Source: a virus (Duplodnaviria; Caudoviricetes). From it: DNA of 64,000 nt. The stretch is taken from the IMG/VR virus record IMGVR_UViG_2706795367_000001, positions 46,765 through 110,764 of that record; one strand, 5' to 3'. A program made the position numbers and the translations under genes. The notes below the pieces were generated by a model, which searched no databases, was not told the origin of the DNA, and saw nothing but the letters and a program-made list of their open reading frames with translations. Positions 46,336-55,752 of the stretch are shown here, in pieces; positions within the stretch are counted from its first letter, which is position 1; each line of letters starts with the position of its first letter.

Positions 46336-46776
46336 ATGATCCGGCCGGAAATCAGCGTAGAAAAAAGCCTGTGGTGCATCGCCCTGCCGGGGGTGCCTAT
46401 CGCGGCCGAGGCGTGGTTCTGCGATACCTGCGTGACCGATTTTATCGACGCTGCCCGCGAGTACGCGTGGGATTGGACGGATCACCTGCACCGGGCGCCG
46501 AACCACGAGCAGAACGCCGACCTGGTGTGCTTCATTCAAGCCTCCACCGACCGGCAACTCCGGAATTGGGTTTTCTCGGGTCTACGGTGCGTCTGTGGGG
46601 ATGTTTACGAGGATCACGAGCCCAAAGACCTCTCGGTCCCGTTGGTGAACGATAATCCGCTCTACCCGATCCCGAACGGCTCGGTTTCGACTATCGCCAC
46701 CACCAAGCCTTTCTCCACCTACGATATCGCCGCCTGCCACTGCGGCTGCACGATTTTTGATTTGTTGACCGACTAG
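46336..46776 (+). CDS. HicB-like (orphan antitoxin-like) domain protein
   Basis: LPGVPIAAE...DAAREYAWDW.DHL..APNH motif. Confidence 0.6.
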   Translation: MIRPEISVEKSLWCIALPGVPIAAEAWFCDTCVTDFIDAAREYAWDWTDHLHRAPNHEQNADLVCFIQASTDRQLRNWVFSGLRCVCGDVYEDHEPKDLSVPLVNDNPLYPIPNGSVSTIATTKPFSTYDIAACHCGCTIFDLLTD

Positions 46777-46782
46777 GGGAAC

Positions 46783-47193
46783 ATGTCTGTCTACGATGAG
46801 GCTGTAGAGCTTCTGAGAAGCAATATCGGGTCGCTACCCGATGAAGACTTCGGCCACCTCAACCTTTTTCCATTCACGTACGAATCCGACGAGACCAACG
46901 GCATCAAACTCAAGGTTTGCATAGCCATCGTGAAGCTTCTCCAGGATCACGGCTTTCTCGCCGCAGACGACGCGAAACCGCTCGACACGAGCCGTTCGGT
47001 GCGGGTGGCCTGCCAATCCTGCGATACCGCATTGTTCAGTGTGGTGGCGGGGGAGTCGGGCGCGCTGGTGCCGGCGTCGTACTTGATTCAGCAGGTGGGC
47101 CGCTTGGACCCGAATTGCCCGCACAGGCCGATGACGCTGGATGATCAGCGCCGGCTGATTCAAGAGGCACTCGAGGAAGCGGGGAAGCAGTGA
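46783..47193 (+). CDS. hypothetical protein
   Basis: ORF with RBS. Confidence 0.7.
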   Translation: MSVYDEAVELLRSNIGSLPDEDFGHLNLFPFTYESDETNGIKLKVCIAIVKLLQDHGFLAADDAKPLDTSRSVRVACQSCDTALFSVVAGESGALVPASYLIQQVGRLDPNCPHRPMTLDDQRRLIQEALEEAGKQ

Positions 47194-47411
47194 ACGAAGA
47201 AGAAAAGCTCCAGATGATGGGCTCATTGATGAGCCGGATGACCGCGGCGTCGGCCGAGGAAGCCCGCTTCACCGATGAGCAGATTGCATCCTTGATCAAC
47301 ATCTTTATTCCACGTTTCGTGATGGAAGCCCCTGGCATGAAGCCGGCGGGCCTCACCTGCCGCATCGATCAGGATGAGCGGGGCTGGACGATCCGGATCG
47401 ACAAGCCGTGA
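47190..47411 (+). CDS. hypothetical protein
   Basis: GTGA overlap. Confidence 0.65.
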   Translation: MNEEEKLQMMGSLMSRMTAASAEEARFTDEQIASLINIFIPRFVMEAPGMKPAGLTCRIDQDERGWTIRIDKP

Positions 47412-47651
47412 ACACGATAGCGATGATCTGGCACGATCTGGTGCTTCGGCACGGCGATGCGTGGGTCGAGTTGAATTTCAGCAAGGCCTCCCGCAGATTC
47501 GGCACCGTCATCGAGTGCCCATGCGGTAAGCGGTGGCTTTCTCGTATGCCTTGGTTCCGGCGCTAGAGTTCTACCCGCTCGGCGGGGTCGTAGCCGAGTA
47601 GATCTCGGCAGTACAAAATCGGGGAATTCATGAGCTATATTCTCCGCGTTA

Positions 47652-48164
47652 TCAGGGCTCCACGCTCGGGAAACGCCAGATGTGATGACGTCCGATCTCG
47701 GACAGAGTTGTGTATTCGTTGACTCTGATGAGTAGGTCTTCGTCGGATTCCTGGCGCTCCCTGTATGCCCAACCCCCGCGTTTGCTGACGCCGGGTATAG
47801 GCGGGATGTTCGGATCAAACTCGACAACCCAATTGTTCTCACGAAGCATCCGGTAAAACGACCGGAGACGTTTCAGCTTGTATTCTTTCATGCCTTTGCC
47901 GCGTGTGGCGATGCATTCGCCATGATCCCTCAGTCGTTTATGTGGCGCGCACTGAGAAAGAGGCTCAGGCACCTTGAACGGGTATTCGCGGCGGATAACC
48001 TGCCGGTCGGTCAATTTACCTCCGTACGTGTGGACGTGCCATGAAACAGCCTGTGGTGTCACACCGTACATCCGGGCGATATCCGCCTCGGTCTCCCCCG
48101 TAGCTTTCAGGGCCTCAATCACTTCTAGTGAGAGGCGGGGGAGCTGTTCTCTGGTGGTTCTCAT
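47652..48164 (-). CDS. cluster-A1-type immunity repressor (Bxb1 gp69-like)
   Basis: 170 aa MRTTREQLPRLSLEVIEALKATGETEADIARMYGVTPQAVSWH...RLRDHGE...LLIRVNE; as recalled, near-identical to Bxb1 repressor. Confidence 0.88.
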   Translation of the reverse strand: MRTTREQLPRLSLEVIEALKATGETEADIARMYGVTPQAVSWHVHTYGGKLTDRQVIRREYPFKVPEPLSQCAPHKRLRDHGECIATRGKGMKEYKLKRLRSFYRMLRENNWVVEFDPNIPPIPGVSKRGGWAYRERQESDEDLLIRVNEYTTLSEIGRHHIWRFPSVEP

Positions 48165-48334
48165 CAATCCACCTCGTCGCTCCAGCACCCGAAGCAGTAC
48201 AGCTCGTCGGGCGCTTCCGACCAGACCTCTTGGGGCGCGTAGGCGATGGGGTAGCCGCACCGCTGGCATTTGACCTCGTAGTCGTCTTCGGTGAGGGTGG
48301 GCTTCTTGATGAGATCGCTCTGCCACTTGTCCAT

Positions 48335-48505
48335 TTAGTCCCTCACTTTCGCCAGGATTGCCAGCGCGTCCGCCAGGCCGCTGGCCCGCCCCCCGCTGAC
48401 TAGGCAGTCCTCTTTGTCGCCGCGGGCCGTGGCCGCTTCGCAGGATCGAAGCCACTTTACGCGCTCGGCGTTGATCAGGTCTATTGCATCGCTCCATGCG
48501 CTCAT
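48335..48505 (-). CDS. hypothetical protein (duplicate copy 2)
   Basis: MSAWSDAIDLINAERVKWLR... Confidence 0.6.
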   Translation of the reverse strand: MSAWSDAIDLINAERVKWLRSCEAATARGDKEDCLVSGGRASGLADALAILAKVRD

Positions 48506-48693
48506 CAGATCTCTCTCAATGCCTGGTCCCGCAGGACCTTCAATTGCCCGGCGAGATAGAGCAGGGTGTCCGCCGCGTGCCCCAGCATTTCCGGGGTGCG
48601 GGTGAACATGTCCAGCTTCTTGTTTCTCCCGAGATACTTTCCTTCGAGGCTTTCCATCTCCGCCAGGAAGCCTCCGTGGTGATGCCCCGCCAT
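48505..48693 (-). pseudogene. fragment of FtsK C-terminus (diverged duplicate)
   Basis: SLEGKYLGRNKKLDMFTRTPEMLGHAADTL...VLRDQALREI aligns with the end of 50092..51420. Confidence 0.7.
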
Positions 48694-48944
48694 TTGTTGT
48701 CGGTGGCGGCGCCCACGTAAATGACGCGGTTACATTCTGAGCAGCGGGGCGGGTATTCCATTAATCCACCTCGTCGCTCCAGCACGCGTCCATCAGTCAC
48801 ACACCTCGCATCCATAGCCGGTGGGATAAGAACTGGACTCGCCCATATGGCTCAAGTCTCGGGTGCCGGTTGCCTGTTTCAGTGCGACCTCGATAGAACC
48901 GCAAGCGGTGCACATGCCGTAGGTGGCGTCCGTGTTGAATGTCA

Positions 48945-49115
48945 TCAGGCCTCCATCTTCGCCAGGATTGCCAGCGCGTCGGCCAACCCGCCGGCCCGAG
49001 CCCCGCCGGCTAGGCAGGCCTTCTCGTCGCCGCGGGCTGCGGCCGCGTCACAGAATCGAAGCCACTTTACGCGCTCGGCGTTGATCAGGTCTATTGCATC
49101 GCTCCATGCGCTCAC
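48945..49115 (-). CDS. hypothetical protein (duplicate copy 1)
   Basis: GTG start; SAWSDAIDLINAERVKWLR... Confidence 0.6.
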   Translation of the reverse strand: MSAWSDAIDLINAERVKWLRFCDAAAARGDEKACLAGGARAGGLADALAILAKMEA

Positions 49116-49266
49116 CTAAAGTTCTCCTATCGCCGGAGTGTTTCGGGGTCGAGTCGGATGGGCCTCTCGCACGACGGAATGTGGACACGCCGGTCCCTAC
49201 CGCCCGTCTCGTAGACTCCGTTCAACTCGTCATCCGCGAACTCTCGTCCGCAGTCGTCGCAGCGCA

Positions 49267-49581
49267 TCACTTCACCGCCATAGCCAGCGCCACAACCCAG
49301 CCGATGAACGTCCAGCCGAGGAACACGTTGATCACAGCGACAGGCTGCTTCAGCGACGCCTTCCGGTAGTACGCCACGATCGTCGGGACGAAGTACGCGG
49401 TCCCGAACACCACGAGCAGAGCGTGACCGGGGCTGATGGACATCAGCACGATGAGCGCCACGATGGCTCCCAGAGCCAGCCAGCCCTCGATACGGCCTTT
49501 CCGCTTGGCCGCGCGAGCAGCCGCGTCGGCTTGCGGGTAATAGCCGGGTTGATACGCCGGCTGATCCCAGATGTTGCTCAT
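49267..49581 (-). CDS. superinfection immunity protein (T4 Imm-like)
   Basis: YFVPTIVA..R......VINVFLGWTFIGWVVAL signature. Confidence 0.85.
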   Translation of the reverse strand: MSNIWDQPAYQPGYYPQADAAARAAKRKGRIEGWLALGAIVALIVLMSISPGHALLVVFGTAYFVPTIVAYYRKASLKQPVAVINVFLGWTFIGWVVALAMAVK

Positions 49582-49601
49582 GAAGCCTCCTTTACACGGA
49601 C

Positions 49602-49892
49602 TTAGCCGCCCTCATGATCCTGACCGCAACTGACGACGTAATCCCCGTTCGAGCTGAAGAAATCTCCGTCGTACTCGCAGCGTTCACAGGTGTAACGAAC
49701 GGTGTACCCGACGATCACCTCGCGCTGACGAGTGCGGTCTGGGACGTAGACACCGGTACCGGCAGCCAGGTTAGGCGCGGTCAGGACCGTCTCTGCCTCG
49801 ATGGACTGTCCAATCATTTGATTTCCGCACAACTCGCACTTCCAGGTTTCGTTGTCGACGAAGTGGTGCTGGCAGATGTTCGGGTCCGTCAC
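49602..49892 (-). CDS. hypothetical Cys-rich protein
   Basis: AAGGAG RBS. Confidence 0.65.
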   Translation of the reverse strand: MTDPNICQHHFVDNETWKCELCGNQMIGQSIEAETVLTAPNLAAGTGVYVPDRTRQREVIVGYTVRYTCERCEYDGDFFSSNGDYVVSCGQDHEGG

Positions 49893-50091
49893 GATGCTGC
49901 CTCCTCTTTAGGTTTGCGGGCCGCGTTGCAGCGCCGCTTTTTGGCCAGGCCCAGCTCCACGAGCAACGGGCACGGGTTGAAGTCCGCGGGCTGGTATTCG
50001 CGGCGGAGAATATAGCTCAGGAACTCCCCGATCTCGCCCATGATGTATTTGTCGCCGTGACGCTCTTCTCGTCCGCAGTCGTCGCAGATCA

Positions 50092-51420
50092 TCAGTTCTC
50101 CCTCAATGCTTGATCCCGCAGGACCTCCAACTGGTCCGCAAGCCAGATAAGCGTGTCGCACGCATGCCCCAGCATCTCGGGGGTTTGGGTGAACATCTCC
50201 ATCTTGCGGTTTTTACCGAAGTATTTCCCTTCGAGACTGTGCATCGTCTCCAGGAAATTACCGTGGTTCATCCCCGTCATTCTAGCGGTTTCGATCAGCT
50301 GATCGAGAAAGAATTTCACGGGTACAGCGTTTGCGAGATCCTCCGGTTCGGGGTTGAGCTCGCGCACCTTCTCTTCTACTCGCGCGGTCACTCGCACATT
50401 GTTGACCGCCGCCTCAATCTCTCCGTCGGATACGAAAGCGCCCTGTATCCGGATGGCACCCCGCGCCCCCACGGGCAGGAATAACCCGTCACCCATTCCC
50501 ATGAGCTGCTCGGCTCCGCCCTCGTCCAGGATCACCCGGCTATCGGTGAGTGATGCTGTGGCGAACGAGAGCCTAGACGGCACGTTGGATTTGATAAGGC
50601 CTGTGACTACATCCACGGAGGGCCGCTGCGTCGCCAGGACGAGATGAATACCGGCTGCGCGCGCCTTCTGGGCGATGCGGACAATGTTGGCCTCGACTTC
50701 TTTCTTGTAGCCGCCCATCATGAGGTCTGCGAGTTCGTCGACCACTACCACGATGTAGGGGAGTCCGAGCTTCTCGGCGTGGCGCACGCCGGCTTCCTGC
50801 ATCTGCCGGTACCGGTCATCCATCTCCACGGTGAGCCACCGCAGCGTCTTAACCGCCTCGTCGGGCTCGGTGACCACCGGCTGCAAAAGGTGGGGGATAC
50901 CGTTGTACGGGGTGAGTTCCACCATCTTCGGGTCGATCATGATGAGTTTGACCCGATCAGGATTGGCTCGGTAGAGCATGGAAACCAGCATCGAGTTGAT
51001 GAAGCTGGACTTACCTGATCCGGTGGCGCCAGCCACCAGCAGGTGCGGCATTTTGGCCAGGTTCAGGGAAACGTCTTTGCCCTCGACGTCTTTACCCACG
51101 GCGACGGTGAGCGGGTGGTCATCCTCGGGGACGATCTGCTGCAACCGCACGGTCTGGCGTTCCGACCGGGGGAGTTCGATTCCTACGGCCGTTTTACCGG
51201 GGATGGGTGCAACCACCCGGACGCTCTCTGTTGCGAGCGCGTAGGCCAACTGAGACTGTAGTTGTGAGACTTTCTGGATGCGCACACCGGGGCCCAACGC
51301 AATCTCGTAGCGCGTGACGCTCGGCCCGTCGGTGCGACCGGTCACCTTGGCCTCTATGTCGAACTCTCGCAGCGCGGAGATGATCTGTGCTGCGGTGTCC
51401 TGCTCAAGCATTGTGGTCAT
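50092..51420 (-). CDS. ftsK: FtsK/SpoIIIE-like DNA translocase (alpha + motor domains)
   Basis: GPSVTRYE, PHLLVAGATGSGKS, IDPKMVEL, VVDELADLM, ATQRPSVDV. Confidence 0.93.
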   Translation of the reverse strand: MTTMLEQDTAAQIISALREFDIEAKVTGRTDGPSVTRYEIALGPGVRIQKVSQLQSQLAYALATESVRVVAPIPGKTAVGIELPRSERQTVRLQQIVPEDDHPLTVAVGKDVEGKDVSLNLAKMPHLLVAGATGSGKSSFINSMLVSMLYRANPDRVKLIMIDPKMVELTPYNGIPHLLQPVVTEPDEAVKTLRWLTVEMDDRYRQMQEAGVRHAEKLGLPYIVVVVDELADLMMGGYKKEVEANIVRIAQKARAAGIHLVLATQRPSVDVVTGLIKSNVPSRLSFATASLTDSRVILDEGGAEQLMGMGDGLFLPVGARGAIRIQGAFVSDGEIEAAVNNVRVTARVEEKVRELNPEPEDLANAVPVKFFLDQLIETARMTGMNHGNFLETMHSLEGKYFGKNRKMEMFTQTPEMLGHACDTLIWLADQLEVLRDQALREN

Positions 51421-51538
51421 TCGGTGCCCCTCTCCAGTTTCTCGACTATCGCGAGCATGGCGTCACGCTGCTCGTCGTCGGGGTATTGCGCGAGAATCTG
51501 CCTGCGCGCTTCGTTCAGGATCAACCGCTCGAGAATCT

Positions 51539-51995
51539 TCATTCCGCCTCCACGCTCTCGATAGCCTCTAGATTCCAGATACACCCACTGGCACAATCCC
51601 ACGTGTAGTACCAGTGTGGGTCCATTCTCCTAGACCACTGGTAGGGCGCGATGATGATTCCATCATAGTCGGCGGCGACCTTGCCCCAGTCGATCCAGTC
51701 GAGGATACCCCTGTTCGCATACAGATAGTGGAACGCATCGATGTCCGCGGGGGACTTCAGGTGCAGGATGTTTGCACTGGGCACGAGAGTGACCCGGTGG
51801 CACACGGTGAGGTTGTCAAAGGAGAATTCTTCGCCCCGGCACCACGTTGGGCCAGTCATCCTCGCCGGCGACGCTCACCCACAGACCTTCGGGCTTGTGA
51901 TCCACCGCTTGGGTGTAGATCCGGCTCCGGTCGAGGGTGATCGGCGCGGCGGCGTACACCTCCAGCCGAAGCTGGTCTAGACTGTGTTGCGACAT
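51539..51995 (-). pseudogene. hypothetical gene interrupted by a +1 frameshift
   Basis: N-half ...KPEGLWVSVAGEDDWP joins C-half TWCRGEEF...WYYTWDCASGCIWN if one C is removed at ~51850; span 457 nt. Confidence 0.7.
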
Positions 51996-52283
51996 TGGTA
52001 AAGACTCTCTCTCGTGTGTACCGGTGTCAGGGTGCCGTCCGATTGCCGTCGGGCGGCACCGCCTTTCAGATCCTGAAAACTACGCGCACTGTGTGTAGGT
52101 GTGCGTCGTCGTAATAGTGCAGCGGCTCGGGGTATCCCTCGAGGGTCAACTCCCACCAGGTGCAGGCGCGCGACCACAGGTTGCTTTCGACGCGATAGAC
52201 GACATTGTCTAGAACGACATGCGCGCCAGGTCGTACGAGGTCAATTGGTGTCATAGCATTGACGAGGGACATGCCGTCGTAGT

Positions 52284-52568
52284 TCACGCCTCCGCCTCCG
52301 AGGCGAACAGGGATCGGGGCGCGGCCCAGTCCCAGCGGGCGCACTCGGCGCAGGGCTCGGGCTCGGCTCGCCGCGCATCCTCCAGGGAGGCCTGCAGTGA
52401 GTCCACTTCTTCCCGTAGCTCCTCGATCAGGCACTTGGCGTCATGTTGCTTGTGGCGCAGCTCGGCGGTGTACTCGGCCAGTGCCCGATGGTCGACGCCC
52501 ATGAATTCCTCAACCCATGCGGCAGTGAGGCGCGGCACGTCCTCGGCGCGCGTGTAGTGCTCGCTCAT
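52284..52568 (-). CDS. hypothetical coiled-coil protein
   Basis: ATGA overlap. Confidence 0.65.
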   Translation of the reverse strand: MSEHYTRAEDVPRLTAAWVEEFMGVDHRALAEYTAELRHKQHDAKCLIEELREEVDSLQASLEDARRAEPEPCAECARWDWAAPRSLFASEAEA

Positions 52569-52824
52569 GCGCGGAGCCTCTCGATGCGGTCCAGCTCAAT
52601 GCTGAGACCTTCGACGCGCACCGTGTCATCGCCGGAACCGAACCCGTGCAGCGTGCCAGTGAGCACGCGCCCGCGGTCAAACGTGACTTCGACGGGGCCG
52701 AACGCCCCTTCGGCGGTGATGTCCTCGACGGCTTCGCGCAGGATGGCGCCGAACGTGCCAACCCAGCCGTTGCCCGAGTTGCGCAAGTCCAGGTCGTAGT
52801 TTCCGTCGTTGTCGTAGATGCGGC

Positions 52825-53673
52825 TCATGCCATTGCCCCCTCGTACTTGTCCACGATATCGCGGGGGATGCGCCCGCGGGATGAGATTTTGAGCCCCTGA
52901 GCCTTGGCCCACGTCCGGATATCCGGCTTGGCCTGCTTGGGCTTTACGCTGGCCTCCAGCTTCGCCACCAGATCGGCAACGTCGTCCGGTACCTCTACGG
53001 GCTCAAGCTTGGATTCCACCAGCGCCCGCAGTTCCACCTTGTAGGTGTCCTGGTACTTGTCAGGGTTGAACGGCGCGGACAGCTCATCAACGAGCATCGC
53101 CGCCACCTTCAGCTCAGCCTCGGACAGTTCCGGCTTGTTGTCGAGCTTGGGGAAATCAGGCTCGCGGATCTCATCTGGCCACCGCAGCGTCTGCAACGTC
53201 AGAACCTCATTCTTGCCCGTCACACGCAACACCGCCAGGTGTTCCTTGCTCCGCAGGGTTACCCGTACGATGGCGACCTTGCCGGCGTCAGAGAGCGTCC
53301 TAGCCAGCAGAGCGTAGGGCCGCACCGAGCCCTCTACGTTCAGGTAGTAGGGCTTGTCGAGCATGATCGGGTCGACCTCCCCGGCCGGCACGAACTCTAC
53401 GACGTCAATCACCTTGTTGGTTTCGCTGGGCAGCTCTGCCAAGTCCTCATTGGTCAGTAGGGCGGTTTGCCCGTCGACCTCGAACACCTTGCCCAGATCG
53501 GCCGTGTGGACCTGCTCACCGCAGCATTCACAGATCTTGTGATACTTGATCCGCCCGCCGTCCTGGACGTGCGCCAGATGGCCCTTCAGGTCGTGCTCTT
53601 CGGTGGCCGCGTACATCTTCACCGGCACGTTGACCAACCCGAAGTTGACCGCGCCTGTCCAAACCGCTCTCAT
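52825..53673 (-). CDS. ku: Ku-like dsDNA end-binding protein with Lsr2-like C-terminal domain
   Basis: MRAVWTGAVNFGLVNVPVKMY..., FVPAGEVDP...YYL, WPDEIR, DTY; tail DIRTWAKAQGLKISSRGRIP. Confidence 0.95.
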   Translation of the reverse strand: MRAVWTGAVNFGLVNVPVKMYAATEEHDLKGHLAHVQDGGRIKYHKICECCGEQVHTADLGKVFEVDGQTALLTNEDLAELPSETNKVIDVVEFVPAGEVDPIMLDKPYYLNVEGSVRPYALLARTLSDAGKVAIVRVTLRSKEHLAVLRVTGKNEVLTLQTLRWPDEIREPDFPKLDNKPELSEAELKVAAMLVDELSAPFNPDKYQDTYKVELRALVESKLEPVEVPDDVADLVAKLEASVKPKQAKPDIRTWAKAQGLKISSRGRIPRDIVDKYEGAMA

Positions 53674-53855
53674 GCCTGCCCCCTCACCGTGTTGATGTAG
53701 TCCAGCGCTCGCGTGACCTTTTTGCGAATGACGTTCGTCGGCGCGTCGACGGGGAGCATTTCGAGTGCTGCCACCAATTCGCGGGCCGCAAGGTCGAGCT
53801 TGTAAGAATCGGCGTAGCGGGCCGCCGCGGCGCCCTGCTCGAATGAATCGCTCAT
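53670..53855 (-). CDS. hypothetical protein
   Basis: Coupled to Ku. Confidence 0.6.
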   Translation of the reverse strand: MSDSFEQGAAAARYADSYKLDLAARELVAALEMLPVDAPTNVIRKKVTRALDYINTVRGQA

Positions 53856-53903
53856 GATTCCTGCTCTCTCTCGGTGCCTAGTTGCCGCTAGGCTTTTGGG
53901 TTC

Positions 53904-54116
53904 TTACCGGTAAAGCTCGCGCCACTGCGCCTGGTACTCGCGTTCTGCGGCCAACTCAGTAGCTTCCCAGCGCCGCGTGGGTCCGTCGCTCTCGTAGTAT
54001 GCCGCCTGGTGTTCGCGGGAGCAGAAATCTCCGAAAGCCTTTTGCCTCCCGCAGTAGAAACATCCATTGCCCAGTGCATGTTCTTTGCTGGCAAGGATCT
54101 CCTGATAGCTCTTCAT
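53904..54116 (-). CDS. hypothetical protein
   Basis: Downstream of the promoter at 54146-54173. Confidence 0.65.
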   Translation of the reverse strand: MKSYQEILASKEHALGNGCFYCGRQKAFGDFCSREHQAAYYESDGPTRRWEATELAAEREYQAQWRELYR

Positions 54117-54145
54117 CGGTGGCCCTCTCTCTCGATTTACCGGTA

Positions 54146-54173
54146 AGTCTACCTAGTTGCCGCTAGGTGTCAA
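54146..54173 (-). promoter_or_regulatory. sigA-type promoter
   Basis: TTGACA-16-TAGACT. Confidence 0.7.
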
Positions 54174-54598
54174 TACTTAATTACGTCGACCTCGGCGCCT
54201 TCGCCGAACCAAATCTCATCACCCGATGGATCGTGGAATGCCAACGTTTCCCAGTCGGGCGTGGTGATGCGCGCGACCTCGAACAACTCTCCGTTGCGCC
54301 GGCGTATCACGGTACCGATGGTTACCTCGTCGGCTCTCATGCCACCCACGTCCTCATCTCGTACTCCAACTGCCCTTTGGCAATCTCACCCACAGCGTTC
54401 AGCGCCAGCGCGAGCGTCGGGAACTCTCCCCGGTAGTCCTCACCTACCCATAGATGAGTTCGGCCGTAGTTGTCGGACCCGAGTACCGCCAGCTCCCCAT
54501 CGGGGAGGTAGCGCGTCCAGTATTCGTGGAGCGCCTCGGGCTGGTCCCACGGTTCCCAGTGCTGGAGCTCGGTTGCGAGTGCTTTCATGGCGCCCATG

Positions 54599-54829
54599 TC
54601 AGCACTCGATTCCCGTTGTCCAGGCGCCGTAGGTAGCGCTGGACGTGTGCGGCACGCCGTCTTGGTCGATAAAGATTGACCACAGTTCGCCCCCGTCGGA
54701 ATTGCCCACCATCCCCACGGCGCTGCGTCCGTCGGGCGTGTAGAGCCATTCAATATCGGGCGTGAGAGCGTCCCAGAATGCGACGGCTTCGGACAGTTCG
54801 GGCAGGGTGTCAATCTTGGTTGTGTTCAT
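54599..54829 (-). CDS. hypothetical protein
   Basis: GGAGG RBS. Confidence 0.65.
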   Translation of the reverse strand: MNTTKIDTLPELSEAVAFWDALTPDIEWLYTPDGRSAVGMVGNSDGGELWSIFIDQDGVPHTSSATYGAWTTGIEC

Positions 54830-54879
54830 AATTTCCTCCTAGAAGTCGAATTCGTTGCGGTTGAGCTTGAGTGTCTCAG

Positions 54880-55392
54880 TCATTTGTACTCCTCCGGCGC
54901 CTCGTCGTAGAGCGGACCGGTGAGGTAGTCGAGCACCGCTTGGAACTCGTCACCGTAGCGGTAGACCTTTTCGCCGCCCCAGTAGCCGGCGAGCTTGGCA
55001 GAGCCGTTCGACAAGTCTTGAACGATCTCGATGTGCGGACCGCCCGTAGCGATGACTACAGCCAACGGTCGGCCAATCTTGACCTCGACCGACAGCGGCC
55101 ATTCGCTGATGGGGGATTCATTGCCGTAGTCGTCCACAATGGTTGGCTCATCGAACGAATTTCGCTCAACGCTCCAGTCGTCCCGGTCGCCAGCTAGCCC
55201 GCCCTCAAAGGCTTTCGTCATTGCCTCGGCGTCGTCTTGGGCGCCCTTGACTTCGATGCTGTCATCATCGCCGTTAGTGACGGTGTGAACATTGCCATAC
55301 TCGCCCGACTCGATCTGTCGCGCGTACTCGCGGATGGTCTCGGCGGCGTGCTCCACGTGCTCGGTAAGCATGTCCTTGGTCGATTCACTCAT
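54880..55392 (-). CDS. hypothetical protein
   Basis: ATGGPHIE...GYWGG motif; downstream of promoter. Confidence 0.75.
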   Translation of the reverse strand: MSESTKDMLTEHVEHAAETIREYARQIESGEYGNVHTVTNGDDDSIEVKGAQDDAEAMTKAFEGGLAGDRDDWSVERNSFDEPTIVDDYGNESPISEWPLSVEVKIGRPLAVVIATGGPHIEIVQDLSNGSAKLAGYWGGEKVYRYGDEFQAVLDYLTGPLYDEAPEEYK

Positions 55393-55426
55393 TTGTCCAT
55401 AACTTTCTGTCGGTTGGTATGCGTTA

Positions 55427-55455
55427 AGCCTATGTCAGTGCGGGTTAGGTGTCAA
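55427..55455 (-). promoter_or_regulatory. sigA-type promoter
   Basis: TTGACA-17-TAGGCT. Confidence 0.75.
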
Positions 55456-55458
55456 TAC

Positions 55459-55752
55459 CTAGACGAGATTGAATTTCAGCTCTTGCCCATTGACGCTCAC
55501 CACTAGCTCGGCAGAGCCGCCGGCCGCATGGATGAACGCTGCCAGTCTGGACACCAGAAAGTCCTTGCGACGTTCCATCTGGCGTACCGTAGAGGCTATC
55601 TCCGGCCCGCCGCGGTATCCCCAAGCCTTACCTAGTTCGTACGGTGTGAGGCCGGCCGCCTCGCGTATTTGCGTGAGGTTGACGTGTTCGGCCGGTACAT
55701 AGGTATCGGTAAAGAATTCCTCATCGGTATCCATACCTAGAGTGTAGGTCAC
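55459..55752 (-). CDS. XRE HTH protein (HigA antitoxin-like)
   Basis: LTQIREAAGLT...VRQMERR...LAAFIHAAGGSAELVV. Confidence 0.7.
   Translation of the reverse strand: MTYTLGMDTDEEFFTDTYVPAEHVNLTQIREAAGLTPYELGKAWGYRGGPEIASTVRQMERRKDFLVSRLAAFIHAAGGSAELVVSVNGQELKFNLV

Noticed and set aside
47652-48497. 281-aa ORF as a single protein
   Set aside because: The N-terminal extension overlaps two small genes in other frames; the repressor begins at ATG 48164
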